This document shows positions 57,690 to 64,000 of a stretch of 64,000 bases of DNA, piece by piece. The notes below the pieces were generated by a model. The model was not told the DNA's origin and did not search any database. It saw nothing but the letters and a program-made list of their open reading frames with translations. Source of the stretch: Candidatus Goldiibacteriota bacterium HGW-Goldbacteria-1 (GTDB lineage: Bacteria; Oederibacteriota; PGYV01). Position 1 is the stretch's first letter; the number at the start of each line of letters is the position of its first letter. The stretch covers positions 203,125 to 267,124 of the forward strand of contig PGYV01000002.1 of NCBI GenBank assembly GCA_002839855.1. Reading direction: 5' to 3'. The position numbers and the translations under genes are program-made.

Positions 57690-57726
57690 TCAGCCGCATG
57701 CGGGCAGCTTGCAGGGGAAAAGCAGG
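57690..57726. repeat. Direct repeat of the rlmN 3' end (matches 53406-53440)
   Basis: 'TCAGCCGCATGCGGGCAGCTTGCAGGGGAA' is identical in both places. The two copies bracket the 53444-57647 gene pair. Confidence 0.8.
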
Positions 57727-57787
57727 CTTAAAATAATGTTTAAAAATGGTATAATTAAAACTATTAAATCTTAACAGGCGGTTACAA

Positions 57788-58666
57788 ATGAAAAAAATAT
57801 TAAGAAAGATACGTCAGTTTATAAACAGGCCGATTGCAGATGAGATGGAGCGTGCCCGTCTTGCGCAGGGCAGGATTGAAAAAAGGCAGGTGCTAAGTTC
57901 AAAAGTTGAAAAACTGGCGCAGGCTGAATTTCAGGTTTTTTCGCAGCACGGGGAAGACGGAATAATTCAGTATCTGCTTTCAAAAGTGGCTGTAGAAAAT
58001 AAGTATTTTATTGAATTCGGAGTGGAATCTTACAGGGAATCAAACACCCGTTTTCTTCTTATGAATGACAGGTGGCAGGGGCTGATTATAGACGGCGGCT
58101 GCGACCACATCAACTATATTTCAAAGGAATCTTTTCTTGGCATCAATCATGACATTAAAGCTGTCCAGGCAATAATTACTCCGGAAAATGTTGAACTGCT
58201 TTTTAAACAGGCAGGCGCCCCGTACGAACCTGGAATAATCTCTGTAGATATTGACTATAATGATTATTTTATACTAAAAGCAATTAAGGCATATAAACCT
58301 GCAATTTTTATAACAGAGTATAACAGGGCTTTTGGACCTGAAAAGCAGGTAACGCTTCCATTTATGAAAGGGCTTAATAGGTACAATTCGGGTATATATT
58401 TTGGCGCATCGCTTGCGGCAATTAATTCGCTTATGAAAGAAAATGGCTATGTGCTTGCCGGTTCTGAATCATGGGGTGTTAATGCTTTTTTTGTACGTAA
58501 AGATCTTGCCGTGAATATAAATGAAATAACTCCGGCAGGAGTATTTGAAAATCTGACCGCTTCTGAAAAGTACGGCAGGGATGAATTGGCGGGGATAAAA
58601 GACAGTGTTCTGCTTGATCTTGAGTCAAATAAAGAAAGAACTATAAAAGATATTTATAATTTATAG
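57788..58666 (+). CDS. Hypothetical protein
   Basis: 292 aa with no recognisable motif. Confidence 0.35.
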   Translation: MKKILRKIRQFINRPIADEMERARLAQGRIEKRQVLSSKVEKLAQAEFQVFSQHGEDGIIQYLLSKVAVENKYFIEFGVESYRESNTRFLLMNDRWQGLIIDGGCDHINYISKESFLGINHDIKAVQAIITPENVELLFKQAGAPYEPGIISVDIDYNDYFILKAIKAYKPAIFITEYNRAFGPEKQVTLPFMKGLNRYNSGIYFGASLAAINSLMKENGYVLAGSESWGVNAFFVRKDLAVNINEITPAGVFENLTASEKYGRDELAGIKDSVLLDLESNKERTIKDIYNL

Positions 58667-58772
58667 CATTGGTTTTTAATATATTACATAATCCATATAG
58701 ATACATCCTGTAAGGTGTTCAAATTTGTAATTACCTGTAAAAAAAATCATTATAATTAATCCAAGGAATAAT

Positions 58773-60047
58773 ATGAACAGATTAAAGGTAATATTCAGAG
58801 CATTCAAATATAGAAATTACCGGTTGTTTTTCGCGGGGCAGGGCTTGTCTGCTTTGGGCGGAATGATGCAGCAGATGGCGCAAAGCTGGCTTGTTTACCG
58901 TATTACCGACTCTCCGCTTATGCTTGGTATTGTGGCATTTGCGGGGCAGGTTCCCGCATTTTTGCTTACTCCGGCAGCAGGTATTGTAAGCGACAGGCAT
59001 GACAGGCGGTTTATAATACTTATTGCGGATATTGCCCAGATGGCAGTTGCTTTTATTTTTGCCGCGCTTGTATTTTCCGGCCTTATCCGCGCGTGGCACA
59101 TAGTAATTTTAAGCATTGCGGCAGGGTCTGCAGCGGCTTTTGAAATGACCACAAGGCACTCTTTTGTCCCGCAGATGGTGGAAGATAAGAACGACCTTGG
59201 GAACGCCATTGCCCTTAATTCTGTTATGTTTAATTCGGCGCGCCTGCTTGGCCCCGCGCTTGCGGGTGTGGTTGTGGCATTTGCCGGCGAAGGTATCTGT
59301 TTTTTGATAAATGGAATAAGTTTTATGGCGGTAATATCCGCCCTTTTAATGATGAATATTAAAAAACATGTATATACCCGGCACAAAAGCCCCTTGAAAG
59401 AACTTAAAGAAGGTTTTAAATATGTTACTGAATCTGTACCGCTTAAAAGTATAATTATCCTTATGGCTTTTGTAAGCCTTTTTGGTTCCGGTGTTACAAT
59501 ATTGCTTCCTGTTTTTGCGCGCGACATACTTCACGGAGATTCAATGACTTACGGTTTTTTAACGGGGGCGGTTGGATTAGGCGCCCTGTTGGGCGCTTTA
59601 AGCATGGCTGTTAAAAAGACCTTAAGGGGGTTAGCCGCCCTTATGGCGTCGGCTGCCGCGCTTTTTGGAGCCGGCCTTATTGCGGCGTCATTTTCCGGAA
59701 ACTTATATATCGCGATGGCGCTGCTTATGTTTGTGGGCGCCGGCACAATGCTGCATATGGCCGCTTCAAATACAATCATTCAGACCGTGGCGGATGACGA
59801 TAAACGCGGCAGGGTGATAAGTTTTTATATCCTTTCTTTTTCGGGATTTATGCCTCTTGGAAGTTTAATTTCGGGCTGGGCCGCGAAAATATTCGGAGTA
59901 AGGCATGTAATTGCCGCGGGCGGGGTTTTGACGCTTATTGCGGCTGGTATTTTTGTATTTTTTTTGCCGCGGATACGCAGCCATCTTAGGTCAGTATATA
60001 TTAAGAAAGGCATAATTCCTGCTGAAACGGTGGTAGAAATAAAATAA
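58773..60047 (+). CDS. MFS transporter (enterobactin-exporter-like)
   Basis: 12 TM helices. N-terminal 'YRNYRLFFAGQGLSALG'. Confidence 0.8.
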   Translation: MNRLKVIFRAFKYRNYRLFFAGQGLSALGGMMQQMAQSWLVYRITDSPLMLGIVAFAGQVPAFLLTPAAGIVSDRHDRRFIILIADIAQMAVAFIFAALVFSGLIRAWHIVILSIAAGSAAAFEMTTRHSFVPQMVEDKNDLGNAIALNSVMFNSARLLGPALAGVVVAFAGEGICFLINGISFMAVISALLMMNIKKHVYTRHKSPLKELKEGFKYVTESVPLKSIIILMAFVSLFGSGVTILLPVFARDILHGDSMTYGFLTGAVGLGALLGALSMAVKKTLRGLAALMASAAALFGAGLIAASFSGNLYIAMALLMFVGAGTMLHMAASNTIIQTVADDDKRGRVISFYILSFSGFMPLGSLISGWAAKIFGVRHVIAAGGVLTLIAAGIFVFFLPRIRSHLRSVYIKKGIIPAETVVEIK

Positions 60048-60132
60048 GGCATTTAAAATTGACTTATTTTACCCGCGGGGTTAAAATAAATTTATAAGAT
60101 TATTTAAGGGGTAAAAGTATTCAGGAGGGTTT

Positions 60133-62193
60133 ATGTTTGAACTGTTAAAAAAAAGGGCGAATAAGACTTTTTATAATAGTTCAAAAAATGAAAAACTTAA
60201 CGGCGAAGAGACACTTCTTTTAAGTCAATTCCGCGGCGATATCTGGAAAATGTCAAATAATTATCATCTATCCGAAGAACAGCTTACAGAAGAGCTTATT
60301 TCAAAAATAGGCGGTTTTTTTGATGCTGAAAGGTGTGTTTTCAGCAGGATAAAAGGAAACAATATTTATGCACAGACAGAATGGAAGAACAACAGGGTTA
60401 AAGGTGTTTCCGCGGGGCTTTCGGTTCCGCTGGACCTTATAGAAAAACTTAAAGCTGATCAACAGCGCACAGTCACTCTTGAAGAAATGATGGACGCGAT
60501 AAGCGGCGCCAAAACGGACTTTCTTAAGCCTGTTATCCACGCCATGGTTGCCGCTATCGGAGATGCGCCTTCTTTGTCAACGCCGGTAAAGGTTAATGGA
60601 AGCCTTATGGGGTTTATAACAATGCGTTTCTTTAATTCGAAAATTGAGATGTACACAAAAAATGTAAAGGACGTTATAACTGACGCGGCAAATATCATAG
60701 CCCTTACCATAGAACGCAGGCGGTCGGAAGAGATGTTCAGGGCGTCCTTTGATTTAAACCCTGACGCCATGATTTTTGTAAACGTTTCTGACGGAAAAAT
60801 TTTTGATGTGAATGAAGGTTTTATCCGTGCCAGCGGTTTTTCAAGAGAAGAAGCAACAGGAAAAACCACGACAGAACTGAAGTTATGGTACAGCGAAGAC
60901 GAAAGGCAGGAAATTGTTATGCTTTTAAAAAAAGATGGAATTGTCAAGAATAAGGAGATAAAATTCAGAAGAAAAGATGGATGTGTCATTACCTGTTTAT
61001 ATTCGTCCAGGTTGATTAATCTTAACGGAGCGGCAAGAGTATTTACCTCAATTAAGGATATTTCTGACAGGAAAGAAATGGAAATGAAGCTTGCCGCAAG
61101 CGAGGAAAAGTTCAGGGTGGCATTTAATACAAGCCCTGATTCAATCAATTTAAACAGATTAAGTGACGGGATATTTGTTGAAGTTAATGAAGGGTTTTCC
61201 AGAGTTATGGGTTTTTCAAAAGATGACGTGAATGGAAAGACCTCCGCTGAAATAAAAATATGGGTTGATGCTGCTGACAGGGCAAAACTTATTTCCGGGC
61301 TGGAAAAATACGGTTTTTTTGATAATCTGGAAGCAAAATTCAGGTGTAAAGACGGAAGCGTTAAGACAGGCCTGATGTCCGCAAGTATAATTACTATATA
61401 CGGTGAACCTCATATATTGTCGGTTACAAAAGATATTACGGAAAGAAAAAATATGGAACAAAACTTAATGAATACTACGGAGAAATTAATAAATACAATA
61501 GATACGCTTGAAAAGACAAATGAAGAACTTGAACGGTTTGCCTATGTGGCATCTCATGACATGCAGGAACCCTTAAGGATGATGTCAAGTTACGCGCAGC
61601 TTATGGAAAGAAAGTATAAGGGCAGGCTTGACGGTGACGCGGATGATTATCTTGGATACATTATATCCGGAGCCTTCAGGATGAGCGCTCTTATTAAAGA
61701 CATGCTGGAATTCTCCCGTATCGGGAGTAAAGGCAGAAACTTAGAAAGTGTTGACATCAATACGCTGCTAAAACAGGTCACTGATGCTCTTCAACTGCAG
61801 GCAGACGGCGTTAACGCCGTAATTACTGCCGGACAAATGCCGGAATTAAAATGCGATCAGATGCAGATTTTTCAGGTTTTTCAGAACCTGCTTACAAACG
61901 CGCTTAAATTTGTAAAGAAAGGGCAAATACCACAAATTAATATTACTGCCGAACATAAGGGTAAAGAATGGATTTTCTGCGTGAAAGATAACGGGATCGG
62001 CATATCACCGCAGTATTTTAACAAAATTTTTGTAGTGTTTGAAAGGCTGCATTCAAAGGATGAATACGAAGGCACTGGTATAGGCCTTTCTATCTGTAAA
62101 AAAATAGTGGAACATCACGGGGGCAGAATCTGGGTGGAATCTGAACCGGGTAAAGGGGCGTCTTTCTTTTTTGTACTTCCCGAATCGGATTAA
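60133..62193 (+). CDS. Sensor histidine kinase (GAF-PAS-PAS-HisKA-HATPase), cytoplasmic, no cognate receiver gene adjacent
   Basis: H-box 'FAYVASHDMQEPLRMM'. N/G boxes 'FQNLLTNALKF' and 'GTGIGLSICKKIVEHHGGRIWVES'. PAS 'RKDGCVITCLYSSR' and 'CKDGSVKTGLMSASI'. Confidence 0.85.
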   Translation: MFELLKKRANKTFYNSSKNEKLNGEETLLLSQFRGDIWKMSNNYHLSEEQLTEELISKIGGFFDAERCVFSRIKGNNIYAQTEWKNNRVKGVSAGLSVPLDLIEKLKADQQRTVTLEEMMDAISGAKTDFLKPVIHAMVAAIGDAPSLSTPVKVNGSLMGFITMRFFNSKIEMYTKNVKDVITDAANIIALTIERRRSEEMFRASFDLNPDAMIFVNVSDGKIFDVNEGFIRASGFSREEATGKTTTELKLWYSEDERQEIVMLLKKDGIVKNKEIKFRRKDGCVITCLYSSRLINLNGAARVFTSIKDISDRKEMEMKLAASEEKFRVAFNTSPDSINLNRLSDGIFVEVNEGFSRVMGFSKDDVNGKTSAEIKIWVDAADRAKLISGLEKYGFFDNLEAKFRCKDGSVKTGLMSASIITIYGEPHILSVTKDITERKNMEQNLMNTTEKLINTIDTLEKTNEELERFAYVASHDMQEPLRMMSSYAQLMERKYKGRLDGDADDYLGYIISGAFRMSALIKDMLEFSRIGSKGRNLESVDINTLLKQVTDALQLQADGVNAVITAGQMPELKCDQMQIFQVFQNLLTNALKFVKKGQIPQINITAEHKGKEWIFCVKDNGIGISPQYFNKIFVVFERLHSKDEYEGTGIGLSICKKIVEHHGGRIWVESEPGKGASFFFVLPESD

Positions 62194-62303
62194 AAATCTG
62201 CTGCTAAACAGCAGGTGTATCTTGTTTAAACAGTAACAACTGCCTGCTTGTATTATTTCTCGTATTTCGGTATATTATTAATTAAGGATGAAAAGAGGGG
62301 AAT

Positions 62304-63185
62304 ATGAAAAAGAAAACGGGCACGAAGGTAAAATTAAAAGCGGCATTTAATTCAATTGCCTTTATCAGCGGCAGGATGGGTTCTGTTTTTAATTCAACTG
62401 TGGCAAAAGGCATTGAAAATCATGTTGCACTGCTGGGCGGCGGCAAGAAAACAATCCTTTATCACCTGCCAAGGGACGGTTCGGCAGAAGCCTGCAGCGC
62501 GGAAATTAATGATGTTATAAAACAAGGCGAGGCTGACGGTTTAATCTGCCTTAGTTTTACCCCGACGGAAAGCGCCGTGCAGAAAATCATAAAAAGCGGA
62601 ATGCCCGCGGTATTTGTTGAAAGAAAAATAAAAGGGCTTCATTCCGTGAAAGTGGATAATTATAAAGGGGGATACACAGCGGGTGAATATCTTGCAAGAA
62701 AGGGTTATAAGAAAACCGGTTTAATAATTGACCCGCAGTGCGCGGATGAAAAATCCGCTTCTTATGAAAGGCTTTTGGGTTTTAATAAAGCGCTTGATTT
62801 TTATGGCATAAAACAGTTAAAAGGCGCAAGCGTTATGGCAGCCAGGCATAGCATAGAGTGCGGCAGGGATGTTTTTGAAGAGTTTGAAGATAAAATAAAA
62901 GGGATTGATTCTGTATTTTCTGTGGCCGGCGACCTTGTAGCGATAGGTTTTATGATGGAAGCAAAGGCCGGCGGGATGAAGTTTCCTGAAGATATAGCAA
63001 TAATGGGTTATGACGGGATTGAAGCGGCTAAAGCGGTTTTCCCGGTTCTTACCACAATTAAGCAGCCCATTGAAAGAATGGGAATGGAAGCGGTGGAAAT
63101 TATTAATGGCTGTTTAAAAGGCTTAATTGACGGGGAAAAGCACCTTGGTATTGACACGGAATTATCTGAAGGCGGCACTGTTTAA
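62304..63185 (+). CDS. LacI-type ligand-binding (periplasmic-binding-protein-like) domain protein lacking the HTH
   Basis: Aligns to the C-terminal two-thirds of the LacI paralogs at 1592/2620 ('DIAIMGYDGIEAAKAVFPVLTTIKQPIERMG'). There is no N-terminal DNA-binding helix. Confidence 0.6.
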   Translation: MKKKTGTKVKLKAAFNSIAFISGRMGSVFNSTVAKGIENHVALLGGGKKTILYHLPRDGSAEACSAEINDVIKQGEADGLICLSFTPTESAVQKIIKSGMPAVFVERKIKGLHSVKVDNYKGGYTAGEYLARKGYKKTGLIIDPQCADEKSASYERLLGFNKALDFYGIKQLKGASVMAARHSIECGRDVFEEFEDKIKGIDSVFSVAGDLVAIGFMMEAKAGGMKFPEDIAIMGYDGIEAAKAVFPVLTTIKQPIERMGMEAVEIINGCLKGLIDGEKHLGIDTELSEGGTV

Positions 63186-63291
63186 GAATTCAGATTCATT
63201 ATTAAAAACGCTAGAGTGCCCGGCGTATTAAAAAAGTATTTGCTGATTTTTAAATATTCATTTTAAACCTAAAATAATAACATGGGGATTT

Positions 63292-63933
63292 ATGGCAGAA
63301 AAAATAATTGAATGCAGGCTGTGCGGTGAAAATGCCTGTTTTTTTACATCTTACAGGCATGCGGATTTTTATAAGTGTTCTGTATGCGGTTCTGTCATGA
63401 CGCATGAAAACGCATTTATGCCGATTGATAAGGAAAAAAAACGTTATGAAAAGCATAACAACGACATAAATGACAGCGGTTACAGGGCTTTCACGGCGCC
63501 TGTTGTAAAGGCTGTTACAGGCAAATACAGTAAAGACAGCGCCGGGCTTGATTTTGGGTCCGGCTCGGGCCCCGTTATTACAACTGTGTTAAAAGAAAAA
63601 AATTATAACATTGAAACTTACGATATATTTTTTGATAACGATTTAAAGAAACTTGAACATAAATACGATTATATTGTGTGCTGCGAGACGGCGGAGCATT
63701 TTAAAAAACCGGCAGCGGAATTTGCCCTTCTTTTTGGGCTGTTAAAACCGGGCGGCGCTGTTTTTTTAATGACAGAGATGTATGAAGATACTTTAAATTT
63801 TAGTCAATGGCACTATAAAAATGACGCTACGCATGTGTTTTTTTACACGCGAAAAGCTTTTGAGGTAATAAAGAAAAAATTTGGTTTTGCTGAAGTTATA
63901 TTTGACGGCCGCCTGATAACGCTGCTGAAATAA
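63292..63933 (+). CDS. Class I SAM-dependent methyltransferase with an N-terminal Zn-ribbon
   Basis: 'CRLCGEN...CSVCGS', then motif I 'LDFGSGSGPV' and 'VCCETAEHF'. Confidence 0.65.
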   Translation: MAEKIIECRLCGENACFFTSYRHADFYKCSVCGSVMTHENAFMPIDKEKKRYEKHNNDINDSGYRAFTAPVVKAVTGKYSKDSAGLDFGSGSGPVITTVLKEKNYNIETYDIFFDNDLKKLEHKYDYIVCCETAEHFKKPAAEFALLFGLLKPGGAVFLMTEMYEDTLNFSQWHYKNDATHVFFYTRKAFEVIKKKFGFAEVIFDGRLITLLK

Positions 63934-64000
63934 AACACGCCTTTTTTTATGAAATAATTAAGACCGATACGGCTATTGGTAATTTTTAGCTCGCGGCCGC

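Noticed and set aside
58895-59527. 210-aa minus-strand ORF inside the MFS transporter gene; likewise 60459..61148 inside the histidine kinase
   Set aside because: Antisense artefacts. The sense-strand genes have clear family motifs.

Overview
This 64-kb window is a bacterial chromosomal segment of moderate GC content. Almost all genes are on the + strand. It reads as housekeeping backbone interrupted by at least one accessory block.

Main content, in order:
- 3' end of a GH9 endoglucanase gene.
- A RelE/ParE-type toxin-antitoxin pair.
- Two tandem LacI-family regulators.
- A complete nine-gene F-type ATP synthase operon in the N-ATPase order: beta, epsilon, AtpQ, AtpR, a, c, b, alpha, gamma. 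There is no delta gene.
- A roughly 10.5-kb AT-richer accessory block at about 10.9-21.6 kb. It is bounded by imperfect copies of a composite intergenic repeat. It encodes secreted or lipoprotein genes: an FGE-sulfatase-domain protein, an LRR protein, two TPR proteins and a small membrane protein.
- At the end of that block, a two-gene module that I consider the most interesting item: a large GHKL (Bergerat-fold) ATPase protein followed by a DndB-like DGQHR domain fused to a GIY-YIG nuclease. This is a candidate undescribed defence or restriction-like system.
- Membrane H+-pyrophosphatase, YchF, several Thr-rich secreted proteins, AspS, PhoH-YbeY-CorC, a TolC-MacA-MacB efflux operon, a MATE transporter and MntP.
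- A Firmicute-like yceD-rpmF-plsX-fabHDG-acpP-fabF-rnc cluster followed by bcd-etfBA.
- RlmN, a 4.2-kb two-gene insertion flanked by a 32-bp direct repeat, an MFS transporter, an orphan PAS/GAF histidine kinase, an HTH-less LacI-like domain protein and a Zn-ribbon SAM methyltransferase.

Non-coding features: a family of palindromic REP-like hairpin repeats, microsatellites and a 7-bp minisatellite, duplicated promoter-plus-leader modules, and a conserved roughly 40-bp element upstream of four consecutive accessory-block genes.

No rRNA, tRNA or CRISPR was seen. All product calls come from motif recognition by eye; no searches were run. One sequence line appeared inconsistent with the ORF-track frame by 1 nt, so the ORF-track coordinates were trusted over manual counts.
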